Assembly: GCF_009914755.1 (NCBI RefSeq)
Contig: NC_060936.1
DNA from: the human T2T-CHM13v2.0 reference genome, Homo sapiens
DNA: 64,000 nucleotides
Reading direction: 5' to 3' (one strand)
The first letter of the stretch is position 1, and every line of letters begins with the position of its first letter. The position numbers and the translations under genes are program-made. This document shows positions 1 to 14,608 of this stretch, piece after piece. Below the pieces are notes generated by a model. That model was given only the letters and a program-made list of their open reading frames with translations, did no database searches and was not told the origin of the DNA.

Positions 1-409
1 CAACTCCCCACCCATAGGCATTTCACTTTCTCCTCCTCACATGATTTTGTTTCACCTGACGGTAGTCCAGCTGAATTCTGGAGATAGGCAGTTCAAGTAA
101 TGGGAGAGGTCAGTGACTCAGTCTTCTATGTGGGATTAAGTTTTCCCTTCCCCAGGACCACAAGAATGAGCAGAGTATGTGGATCTTACTTTGAAGGAAC
201 GAAAACAAACAATCCTATCATTTAATAGGAGCTTTAAAAGCTTTCGCAGCATGGGTGAGTGTGGCCATCGAGACTGTCTGGCAACTGCCCCTGCTGACAG
301 TGGAGATTTATTATCATAGAAAATCATTTCAATCTGCGGAGGTTCCAAAGGGACCATTTTATGGTCATGGGCATAATTAATAGCAGAACTGTTTGGGAAG
401 GACGCTAAT

Positions 410-570
410 ATTTATTCACTGCCTACCACGCGCAAGACAGAGAGTGAGGTGGGAGGCTGGTGCCATTCTGATTCTGCAGAAGAGAAAGCTGAAGTTCAAG
501 GAAGTTAGGTGGGTTGCCCACAGTTATAAGCCTATAAACAGTAGCGTGAAGACTTGAATCCAGATCTTTG
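410..570 (-). mobile_element. MIR SINE fragment
   Basis: Degenerate antisense MIR core (gaagagaaagctgaagttcaaggaagttagg...gttgcccacagt...cttgaatccagatct). Confidence 0.55.
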
Positions 571-1239
571 CACTTCCTGTAGTGTAACACAGGGAGGGTT
601 CAGTGCATTTTGAATCTGCTAGTTTGTCTCTTTTGAAAATGAGAGAAAATCTGTGGGGAAATATGAGAATTACAATAGCTTACCCAATCGTCCAAAGGTC
701 ACAAAGCCCCAGAATTTGGAAACCTTGGGGTAAAAGGGAGATCAAAACGATGATTAAAAATGAAAAATCAAAGTCTCAGCTTCTGCTGCCTCTTGACACC
801 AGGCACAGATACACTTTTAATGACAGCCTTTTATCAGATATTGCCGTCGGCAGATCTCAATGCCAGGGCCGCTAACGAGTGGAGGGTAAGGAAGGTCACA
901 ACACAGAGGATACAAAATAAGGATTTGAAGCCATGTCCGTCTGGCAAGAAGAAATTAAGCGAAACTCAGGAAGTTCTTAAATATGTCGAAGGAGACTGTG
1001 TTTCACAACTTCTACAAACAAATTCCAAAATACGTAGACTTCTAGGAAGCAGAGAAGTTAGCAAATCGCCAAGGTGTTAATAGTCGGTTCTTGGTATTGT
1101 TAAAGCACAGTTTGATTTGCACATCTGACTGAAATACTTGCTTTAGCAAGCACACTCTTTCCTAGTAGTGCCTCTTAATGCTTCTACTAAAAGGCAACTC
1201 ATCTTTTTGATGGCCTGAGCACTTTAGTCACAAAAATAA

Positions 1240-2600
<1,361 letters not shown>

Positions 2601-3619
2601 GCTGACATCATGTGACAAGGCTAGCTCCAGCAGCCCTGTCTTCAAAGAGGGTCTGGAAGCTCTCACTTTTTCCTGGTTTGTGCTTGTCGGACCATATGCA
2701 AGTAATTAAAACAGGACATTCATTAACATGCCACTTTATGCCTTTTAGTCTCCCTATGTCTCCAGGGCTAGTGGGTGAGGTACATAGAGAGATGCCATGC
2801 ACATTTTATATAGGACCAAGTTCATGCAATGCCAAGCAGTGACAGAGCCCAGCTCAGGTTCCTCCAGGTGCTCTTCTGACCACACTGTAATTCCTCTGAG
2901 GTCACCCTAAAGAAAACACTCAATTCATAGACAATCATGACAGGACTGAAATTCATGATGACAGATAAAAGGGGGCATCTTTTCTACCAGGCTCAGTGGC
3001 TTTTAGCCTCTGCCATCCTCACCCCCTCACCCTTGCCCTCCACTGCAGCACTTCTCACCTGGTGTTGGCCTGTCTACCCCCAGCGGGTCTCAGAGGAAGG
3101 GCCGTGGCTCCATGGCTCCCAAGTCTCTGGACACTTGGCCAAGCGAGGGTTGTAAGTCATAGCCCAATCAGGCCCCAGCTGCTCAAAGATGCAACTGGAG
3201 GTGATGCCGTAACATAAAGAGATAGCCCCGGAAGTGATGCAATAACATAGGGATATGGTCAGTAAATTGGGAATGGGAGAAGAAGGAGCTTTTCCTGCTG
3301 ACCCCGGAAATCATGGTGCCATGGAGAGAAGGTAAAGTGGAGATCACCAGGGCTTGGGGCTTTGTTTTGGTTTTGTCTCAGAGCAGTGAGATTATTTTTC
3401 TAAAAGACAACTTGAAGGGAACTCCAGTATGTAAAATGGTTTTTAAAAAAAGACCTGCCCTAACAAAAGTAGGAGCCCTGGGGCCTGAGCCAGCTTCCTC
3501 TTCCTCACCCCATACATACTCAGCCCGGGCCTCCGAGCCTTCTTGCAACACTTTTGAAAACCGATAGTTTAGTCCATACCTTCCAGGATGGTGGGAAGTA
3601 CATAAATTTGAAAGCATGG

Positions 3620-3845
3620 AATTATAGTCAAATTCCCCTGGGTTTAACTCTAGCCAGGCTGTTTATTAGCTGTGTGTATTTTGGATAGGTTATTTAAGTT
3701 TTCTGAGCCTCAGATTTATCATCTGTAGAATGGGGAGGGAGTACAGAATTGCTGTGAAGGTTTAAAGAGAAAAAATAACTAAAATATTGAGCACTGTGCT
3801 CAGCATTGAGTATATTCTCAGTACATGGGAATTATTGTTATCAAT
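3620..3845 (+). mobile_element. MIR SINE
   Basis: agctgtgtg...ctgagcctcagatttatcatctgtagaatgggg core. Confidence 0.75.
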
Positions 3846-3849
3846 TGCT

Positions 3850-4020
3850 GAACATTTAGATATTTCTAGACAAGCTGGAAATCTGGATTTTAATAGATGG
3901 GCTAGAAATTGGGATTTTTATAAGAATCTCCCAATTTTTAAATGTTGGCAAGTAATTTTAAAAAATGAAAAACATTGTTTGAGCTCAATAAGACACGCTC
4001 CCGCAGTCAGTTTGGGACCT
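3850..4020. mobile_element. Probable hAT-type DNA transposon fragment (family uncertain)
   Basis: aatctcccaatttttaaatgttggcaa motif resembling MER-type hAT fossils. Confidence 0.35.
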
Positions 4021-4233
4021 CTGTCCGTGCAGGAAGGAGGTTAGATCTGGAGGGGAAGGGCAGGAGCCCAGAGCTTGGGTCCCTGGGCAGGACTTGTGGG
4101 TTTCAGTCATGGGTGGAGACTGGCCCTGCCATCCTGCTGTAAATGCAACCAATTCTCAACCAGAAAATTTTTCAATCTACCTATAGCCTGCTTCCAGTTG
4201 TCCCACCTTACTGAACCAAACCAATGTTTTCTT

Positions 4234-4549
4234 TTGTTGTTGTTGCTTGTTTTTTCTTTCTTTCTTTTTTTTTTTTTGAGACAGAGTCTCCCTCTGTCAC
4301 CCAGGCTAGAGTGCAGTGGCACTATTTGGCTCACTGCAGCCTCCACCTCCTGTGATTCTCATGCTTCAGCCTCCCAAGTAATTGGGACTACAGGCACGTG
4401 CCACACCTGACTAATTTTTTGGTATTCTTAGTAGAGATGGGGTTTTGCCCTGTTAGCCAGGCTGGTCTCAAACTCCTGGCCTCAAGTGATCCATCTGCCT
4501 CAGCCTCCCAAAGTGCTGGGATTACAGGCATGAGCCACCACGCCTAGCC
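4234..4549 (-). mobile_element. Alu (AluS/J-age) within MER4 LTR
   Basis: Full antisense dimer; TSD caatgt(a)tttctt; lacks the 8 nt ggttcaag. Confidence 0.95.
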
Positions 4550-4680
4550 CAATGTATTTCTTAAATGTATTTGATTGAAGTCTCATGTCTCTGTAAAATG
4601 TATAAAACCAAGCTGCAGCCTGACCACCTTGGGCACATGTTCTCAGGATCTCCTGAGGGCTGTGTCACAGGCCTCTCTCA

Positions 4681-5040
<360 letters not shown>

Positions 5041-5124
5041 TTACTCTGGGATGGGGACTGGGGTATGCAGGGAGGTGTGCATGTACACACTTATGTGTGT
5101 GTGTGATGGAAGGGGTTAACACCC

Positions 5125-5320
5125 AGCTGTTTGCAGACCACACTAGGTGCTATGCACGTATTACTTCATGGTCAATCTATTATTATCCCCATTTTAAGAC
5201 TGAGAAAACTGAGGCTCAGAGAGGTTGGAGAACAGGCTGAGGTTCAGTAAGCTGTCATAGCTGAGCTGAGACTTGAATGCCGGTCAGATTTCAGAATCTG
5301 GGCTCCTCGCACTTCTCACC
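5125..5320 (-). mobile_element. MIR SINE
   Basis: attattatccccatttt...gaaaactgaggctcagagagg. Confidence 0.8.
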
Positions 5321-5479
5321 ACACTGCCTGTCCCTTACTCCCCCCGACCTCCTTGTCCTCTCTCCTGCCACTTCTTCCCTTCCCTTTCCAAGAATATCCT
5401 GTTTTACCCACTACTGTAATTACCAGTATTATGGTTATACTTTCTGTTATCCATTTCAAGGATGTCATAGATTATGGTT

Positions 5480-5650
5480 TATCAAATGCTCCCATGAACA
5501 AGATCTCATTTGGTCCCAACAAACCCTGTGAGATAGACAGGTGAGTATTAAGCCCACTTTGCAAAGGAGAACAGAGCTCAGAGAGGTGGGAGATATACGT
5601 TGTGCACAAAGACCCCTGCTCTTCTGTCTCCAAATCCAGGGCTTCTTTGC
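5480..5650 (-). mobile_element. MIR SINE fragment
   Basis: aacaaaccctgtgagatag...cccactttgcaaaggagaacagagctcagagagg. Confidence 0.6.
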
Positions 5651-5724
5651 TCACGCTGCTTTACCGAGCTCCTTCAAGGAGGCCCTGCAAAGCCAAAGTC
5701 AAGTGTGTGCTGATCGGCAGGTAC

Positions 5725-5919
5725 ACCCAATGTCTGTGAAACTGGATCTTGATTTTAAATTTCAATATTTTGATATTTTGTTCATCCTGGATTTTTGACA
5801 CCAATTTTCACTTAAAAATATTGCATTAAAATATTATTTGATTATTGCGTTTATTTGGTGCCCCTAAATTTTGCACCACAGGCAGTGCCCCCACTGATCT
5901 CACCCCGATCCCAGCCCTG
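5725..5919. mobile_element. hAT-Tip100 fossil (MER96B-like)
   Basis: Terminal ggtgcccctaaattttgcacc...ctcaccccgatcccagccctg. Confidence 0.55.
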
Positions 5920-7117
5920 CGCCTGTCTGTACCAGTGTAAGGATTACGTTGTGATTGCAACTGTGACGTAAGCATGTGAGAGCGTTTTACCACAGTGCCG
6001 AGTCTGCCTGCCTTTTCTGACCCTTCTTTGTTCCTTTGTTTGGTTCGGAGTGTCACTCCCCTAATCTCCCTTCAAGGAACCCTGTCTGACTGGAATGATC
6101 TAGTAGGAGTGGGTGGGCACGTTGGGTGCCAGGACAGTGATGCCTGGCCTTGGAAGGGGGGCCCTTGCTGTTAGCTGGTGGGCGCTCTCAGTGCTTTGGG
6201 CAAGTGAACATAATGAAGCCTTGTTTCTGGAAGGGATCATTCGGGAATAAACTTTCATGGATACCTTCTTGCTCACCCCATCTGCTCTCCCGTGCTCCCC
6301 CTCCAGCCCTGTTGGCCACTAGGGAAATAGAAGGAACAGCTTGATCAAGGTTTTTCCTAGAAAAGCCTTTCCATGGGCCCATTATGGAAAACGAAGCTGT
6401 TTTTGTTTTCCTTGATTAATCACAGTGTCTTGTTTCCCAAAGCAAATGTGGCCTTGGCTCTTCCGAAAGAACACAGGCTGTGCTGTAAAGAAGGGCTGCA
6501 GCCGCCTGGTGCTTGACAAGGTCCCCAAGACGGGAAGGGACACATGTAGCCCTGTCCTCCAGGACTCGGCTCTTCCTTTTTTACCTTCCAGGGAGCTCAG
6601 GTTACCAGTTTCCTTTGTGTTTTTCTGCCAGTGTGAACAGGAGAAATATTAGCCTTTAGAGATTTCTTTACAGTTCCTTGAAAGCTGGAGGGGTGAAATC
6701 AGCCAGAGAATTATATAACAGCAAAGCTCATTTAAAGCAACAGTGTCTTTCTATAGGGCTGTGGTGGTTCCTTACCAGTTTTTGTTACTAACTATAAAGA
6801 AAAGGATGCTAATTTTGTGAATAAAATAGAGGGGCATTCCCTTCCCTCATTACTTTCTGTTTGTTTATTGGACGGACACAATTCCTAGGGTGTTGATTTA
6901 AAAAAAAAAAATTGAAGCCTCTTTCAAGGAAGACTAGGGGAAATCATGTACATTAACCTCAGGCAGACACGGCATACTTATTCTTGTTAGAAGTCAGAAG
7001 AAAAAAAATAAAGAGAAAAGCTTTCTAAAGCATTTGTTTGTTTTAATTTAAGAGTCACGGGGAATTTTATAAATACTCGGCTAAATTCTTCAAAGGGAGC
7101 CATGTTCTTTAAATTTA

Positions 7118-7426
<309 letters not shown>

Positions 7427-7674
7427 CTAGATCATCTATTCCTACGTTGTTTGACCTAGAGCTTAAATACATCTCAAAGTGCACCACACACATTAGCTCA
7501 GCTGATCGCCATACTCCCTTGATTTGACCTTCTCTTTCTTCTCATTTTAGAGATGAGGAAACTGAGGCCAAAGGATTCTGTTACTTGCCTGGCTTCACAG
7601 CTCACCTGGAGATTCTGAACTGGCATCTTCCTCTCTCTGCCATCACCCCAGACCCTACCCTCTTTCCTCTACAC

Positions 7675-7909
7675 CAGTGGTTCTCAATCAAGGGCGATTT
7701 TGCCTTCCAGGGGACATTTGACAATGTCTGGAGGCGTTTTTGGTTGTCACAATTCTGTGTATGTGTGTGGGTGGGCGGGGGGCAGGGGATTATGTTGGCA
7801 TCTAGTGAGTAGATAACAGAGATGCTGCTAAACCTACAATGCTCAGATGGCCCCTAACAAAGAAGTATGTTGTCCAAAATGTCAATGGTGCAGAGGGTGA
7901 GAAGCCCTG
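7675..7909 (+). mobile_element. MER20 (hAT-Charlie)
   Basis: cagtggttctcaa...ggggacatttgacaatgtctgg...gagaagccctg; 8-bp TSD ctctacac/gtctatac. Confidence 0.9.
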
Positions 7910-8049
7910 GTCTATACAGAGCTCAGCAGTCCAGAGCAATTGCAACCTCTGGGAGTTGCCAAGAGCTCCTCTGCCCAGCAACAGGCTTGGCCTCTCTCCT
8001 GTGGCTGCCACAAGAGTTAAAGCCACTGTCTGGAATGCCCTTTGGCAGT

Positions 8050-8560
8050 GGCCAAGTGTCCCCTGCAGAACTGACTGCGGGACATGCGGTGCATCAGCCG
8101 GAGCTGATGTGTTTTGTAATTTATAGTCACAGGGCGCCTGTCTTCATTTAGCAGTAGGCCTGCTGGCAGCTTCCCTGCCAGGGAGGAAGCAAGTTCCACA
8201 GAGGCCCACAGCCCCCGCCAGCTGCCGGCCCGTGGTATTTGGGGACGGCTGTTGCTCAGAGACACCTGGGAATAGGCCGGGGCCGAGATGGCGCTGAGCA
8301 CTCGGTCTCCCCTTCAGACCCATCCATCAGCAGCGGTCCCTGCCAGAAGATGGCCTATTGAACATTTCCAGAAATAGCACAGCCAAGCCCGTCAACTGCT
8401 TTCTTGGAAATACATTCAATAAGGATGGCGGTCCTCCAGCAGGGAGAGCAGAAAGCCTGGCCTGGATCAGTCTGCTGAGAAACAGCAATGCCTGGCTACA
8501 GGCCATGTCGGTGCCTTGGGAAAGGGGAGCGGTTCTCATGGGACTTCCCAAGCCCTGCAG
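8050..8560. promoter_or_regulatory. Unique GC/CpG-retaining segment, candidate enhancer or weak promoter
   Basis: More than a dozen CpGs in non-repeat DNA; YY1-like agatggcg (~8286) and aagatggc (~8347). Confidence 0.35.
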
Positions 8561-9220
8561 CCTCTGAAGTCACTTCAAAATGTTCTCAGTATGGAGGGAG
8601 AGAGTCACACCTTGCAGAAGGCCTTAGGCCCTGCCGACTTCTTCTAACTCAGTGACCTGCACATCTTGCTGTGTTCGTTCAGACACCCCGCAGACAGGAA
8701 GGCGATTCAGGCTTGGAGGCAAGGTATTAACTGTCAGCAGAGAGAGACCTCTGCATCATCTGGGGAACGTTTATTGCAGTCCCTCCTCTTGTGAGCTTCA
8801 CTCCCAAGTAGAACCAAAGGAGCATCAGCAGGGGGAGTATTTTCTTCCCCAATCCTTCGGTCATTCCTGAGGTACAGGAAATACAAGGCAAAGATGTCAT
8901 ATTGAAAGAAAAGCTTATAATTTCTACTCCTCCCCTCCCCACTTCCCACAGAATTAACTTTCCCTTAACTTCCCTAACAGGGGCCTGACATTGCGGTTTG
9001 AATTCAGCCACCCTGGGAATCTGCACCCTGAGCTTTCTCCAATTTCTGGGATGGCACAGTGATGGCAGGGCTTAAGAGTGCCTCAAGAAGGCCAGCTGCC
9101 TTTAAAAACAAGCTCCTGGAAGATGTAGGTGTCACATAAAAGCAAGAGACCAAAAACTCTCTGCAATTTGGGGTGTTCAGGAAATGTTGATTGATCACAT
9201 TTTTTAAATTATAAGAGACT

Positions 9221-9508
9221 GCTGGACATGGTGGCTCACTCCTGTAATCCCAGCACTTCAGGAGGCCCAAGTGAGAGGATTGCTTGAGCCCAAAAGTTCA
9301 AGACCAGCCTGGGCAACATGGCAAAACCTCACCTCTACAAAAAATCTAAAAATTAGCCAGGTGTGGTGGTGTACACCTATAATCCCAGCTACTTGGGAGG
9401 CTGTGTGGGAGGATTCCTTGAGCCCAGGAGACTGAGGCTGCAGTGAGGCATGATAGTGCCACTGCACTCCAGCCTGGGTTTACAGCAAGACCCTGTCTCA
9501 AAAAAAAA
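9221..9508 (+). mobile_element. AluJ
   Basis: J diagnostics (aggattgcttgagccc, gaggctgcagtgag), A tail. Confidence 0.9.
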
Positions 9509-9627
9509 GTGTAAGACAGTTACCAGGTTCATCATAAAAAATTCGTGGGACCTGGTTTTATTTGCAAGAGCCACTGACTCTCAGGACAAACAAGATTTGA
9601 AGCCCACACTGAGCTATAGGTGGAGGC

Positions 9628-9775
9628 AGGGCTGTGAGAATACAATACAGGATGCCCAGTTAAATTTAAATTTCAGGTAAGCAATAATATTTTTTGTATA
9701 ATTGTATTCCAAATATTATTATTATTTATCTGAAATTCAGATTTAATGGGCATCAGGTGTTTTGTTCAATCTGTT
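9628..9775. mobile_element. MER53-like palindromic hAT MITE
   Basis: caggatgcccagttaaatttaaatttcag...tttatctgaaattcagatttaatgggcatc. Confidence 0.7.
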
Positions 9776-10216
9776 CACTCCATTTGGGGTATAAATTGAT
9801 CTAGTTTTTAAACTGATAACAGGGAACACTGACACATATTCAATACATATGAAAGACGATACCAGTTAAGAGAAGAAGAAGGAGATTAGCAATGAAGAGG
9901 GAAAGCGAGAGAAATACCAGGAAGAAAAGGAGATGGGCATAGCGAAGGAGAAAAAGTTCCAAATGAAAGAGAAACAGGAAGTGCTGAGGAGAGAGAAGAA
10001 AACAGGAATGTTTCTGAAGGACCAAAAATGTTTGATAAATTATGACTGTTACACAGAGAGCCATCTCCCTGGGAAATGCTGTTGAGTTGGCTAACCACTG
10101 TTCCTGGATCTGCAGCTCTTTGTTCTGTCTGGTAAAACACACAGTGACCACTAGGGAGAAATGACTCTCTAAGCCACAGTACCATTATCTGGGTCACTAT
10201 TACCCCAGGCTCAGGT

Positions 10217-11251
10217 TGTTAAATAAAATTTATAGGAGGCCATTGCTTTGGACAGAGTCCTTCCACTGGGCTCCAACAGACCAAAGCAAACCAGAATAGT
10301 GTCACTTGTGCTACCTGACATGTGCTCAAACTGAACTTTAAAATGGGCCAGTTTTCCAAAAATCAGGAGATTTACAGCAACCAACTGAAAGTGAAGTGGT
10401 GTCATTCGTCTGGGGTGATACCTGAGGTTCACTGCCTCATGCCAAAGAAATCGAGGATGCAGACACACACAGAGTGAGTTTAACAGGCGAAAGAAAGAGA
10501 ATAGGTCTCTCTCCTGCAGAGAGGGGGATTCTCGAGTAGGTCTTCCGGTTCCATGGTGAAATACACAGGGTTTTATAGATGATCTTGAGGAGGCAGTGTC
10601 TGATTTACATAGGGCCCAAAGGTTGGTTGGACCAGGTGTGTCATTTACATAACGTGCGAAGAAGATGGCTACCCCACCCTAATCTTTTATTATGCAGATA
10701 TGTGCCATATTGCCTGTTTCTTTACTGTACACGTGGTGACAAAGAAAAGGGAAGATGGAGCCTCCATGCTGAACATGCCTGGTCCCCAGGTAGCCTTTTC
10801 CTATTGGCATAGCTGCCAGCATTCATCCATGCAAGCTTCCAGTTTGCTTATCTATGTTTGCAGCTCAACTTTTCAGGCCACTCTTTGTTAGAAAAGAAAT
10901 GATTCGGGGGCTGCTTTTTATTAAAAGGGTAACCTTGCTGAGGACTCTCTTACCCTCACTAACTGCCTAATTTCTTTCTAGCTCCTGTATCAAAAGGGTC
11001 CCCATCCACCTGCACAGGCATGAGAGGGAAGTCCCCTGTGTATAAACCCTTTAAGGAAAGTAACTTTGAAATGACCAAGCCACTTCATGTTTCTTGATCT
11101 TGCTATCCCCAGGCTTTTCTGCCCATCCATCTGCTTGGTTCTTCAAAGCACCTTTTCTATTTTATAGATAAGATGCTGCCTGATTCACAAATCGATAATA
11201 AAAGCCAACTGGACCTTTAAATTCAATGTGTGAAAATTTTGTTCTTTGACA
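10217..11251 (+). mobile_element. ERV1 solo LTR (family uncertain), interrupted by MER50
   Basis: TG...CA ends; TATAAA ~11041; AATAAA ~11197; TSD aggt/gggt. Confidence 0.75.
10392..10992 (-). mobile_element. MER50 solo LTR
   Basis: Reverse complement begins tgatacaggagctagaaagaaatt; exact TSD aaag. Confidence 0.85.
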
Positions 11252-11769
11252 GGGTGAAGCCACATCTAAGGCTGTGTCCAACTCCAGGACCTAAGGGCCC
11301 TCCCTACTCCTCCCACCTCCACCCCCCCCTTCCCCCACAGGTTGCTGTCATTCATGGATTGAGGATTTTCGAAAAATTGGGATCTAAACAACAAAATGGA
11401 TTTGGCTGCCACAATTCTTTGAAATTGTTTTGTTGTGGATGATTCAGAAAACCCTTCAACAGCTTCTTTCACCTCAGGGTCAATGTGTTTGAGGAGGAGA
11501 GTCATCGTAGGCCTGTGTGCAGACAATCGAGGTTCCTTGAATTATAAACACCCTTATTCCCATCCCCACAGATGGGAGGTCAGGTTGGCTTAACCCAAAG
11601 GGAGAAGACTATGTAGGCTGGGGGTAGGTGTGGTAAGAGAGGAGGCCTCCCAAGGAGGGGCCTGTAGTAGTTGGACCTGCCATCACCATGGACGCTACGG
11701 AATTGAAAAGAGGAGACAAGCAGGGACCCTCCTCTTAGGGGCCTGTAGGGGATGGACTGGTGGGAGAGG

Positions 11770-12829
<1,060 letters not shown>

Positions 12830-13508
12830 ATAATAAAGGGGCTGCCTTTGGCTACCTGGGCTGGGGAGTAGGTCTCCCCATAAACTCCAGTGAGGAGCAG
12901 AAGAGACACACTAAATGTCTCACCATGCTAAGACGTCATTCCAGATACCTGGAGATATCTAGGCTGTCCATTTGGAACATCATCATTGCAACAATAACCT
13001 TTATGGAGCATCTACTCTGGGCCATTGCATGATCTGAATTGATCCTCAACAACTGAGTCAGGAAAAATTCAGTGTGGTCAAAGGAGAACAGAAAATTCCA
13101 GGCAGTATTTTCACATGCCTTGCAAAAAGGAAACTCTTGAAATAACTATAGAAGCTGGGGGCTGATAAGACCCTGGAAAACCAGGGTGTGGGCCAAGCTG
13201 GCTAAGACCAACTGGACCCAACATGGTGCTGCATTTGACCTAGGTTTCTCCCAAGACCTCATTATACCCTCACCCACCAGTACCATGATGTTTCCAGGAA
13301 CACCCATATTTGGTGTAAAAATGGGTGGCACTACAGTTCCAAGAAATCCTCACCTTTTTCCAGGAATCTTTATGAATATTCCACCCCTTGGTTAAAGAAA
13401 TCAATAATGATAGGAACCCCAAGCTCCATGTGACTCTGTCTTTTGAGTACGCCAGCACTCCCTTGTCTTGAGTGTGTATTTTTACTTTGCAATCAAGCTC
13501 TCTGTCTA

Positions 13509-13617
13509 GCCGGGCGCAGTGGCATATGCCTGTAATCCAAGCACTTTGGGAGGCTGAGGCAGGAGGATCGCTTGAGTCCAGGAGTTTGTGACCAACCTGG
13601 CAACATGGAGAAACCCC

Positions 13618-13660
<43 letters not shown>

Positions 13661-13822
13661 TCAAAAACTAGCTGGGCGTGGTGGTGAACACCTGTAGTCC
13701 CAGCTACACAGTGGGTTGAGGTGGGAGGATCACTTGAGCCTGGGAGGTCGAGGCTGAGATCATGCCACTGCACTCCAGCCTGGGCGACAGAGTGAGACCC
13801 TGTCTCAAAAATAAAAATAAAC
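13509..13822 (+). mobile_element. AluJ with (CA)n linker, within MER41
   Basis: J diagnostics; the central A-rich linker is replaced by a CA repeat. Confidence 0.9.
13622..13658. repeat. (CA)n microsatellite (~18 units)
   Basis: Direct read. Confidence 0.97.
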
Positions 13823-14264
13823 AAATCTCCATACTTTCACTGTTGTTCAGCTCCTCCTTGAATTCCTTCTCATGAAAGTGTCAAGGGCCTGGACACTAGC
13901 TAGGGTCGAGGTCCCACCATTGTTTGGGGACCTCTCCCAGCCCACCAGTGTCACAGCGATCTCATGTTGTAGGTATAATATTATTTATATTACTACAGCA
14001 ATGCCCTAAGTCAAGAGATGGAGAAATTAGGACTGCAAAAAGTTAAGTTGTTGTCTAAAAGTCAATTGATTAGTGAGTGTTGGGGCAGAGATTTGTCTCA
14101 GGGATGCCTCTCTCCCAGCCCAGGGATCATCCCTAACCCTCCAGTCAGACTGCCGGGTTCAAATCTCAGCTCCATCACTCACAAGCTGTGTGGCCTTGGG
14201 TAAGTTACTGAATCTCTCTGCATCTGTTTCACTGTGTGAAAAGTGGTAATAAAAATAGGACCTA

Positions 14265-14595
<331 letters not shown>

Positions 14596-14608
14596 TAGAT
14601 TTAATGAG

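Larger units (their letters stand above)
13073..13955 (+). mobile_element. MER41-family solo LTR
   Basis: ggctgataagaccctgg...cccaccagtaccatga...tatgaatattccacccc MER41-like blocks; ends tgtcaca. Confidence 0.7.

Noticed and set aside
603-1080. Overlapping 90-aa and 106-aa ORFs in unique DNA with some CpGs
   Set aside because: No recognisable homology or exon structure; lengths are compatible with chance
13270-13824. 184-aa ORF and the many LSPRLECSG / [12 protein letters not shown] ORFs
   Set aside because: Standard antisense-Alu translations, not genes
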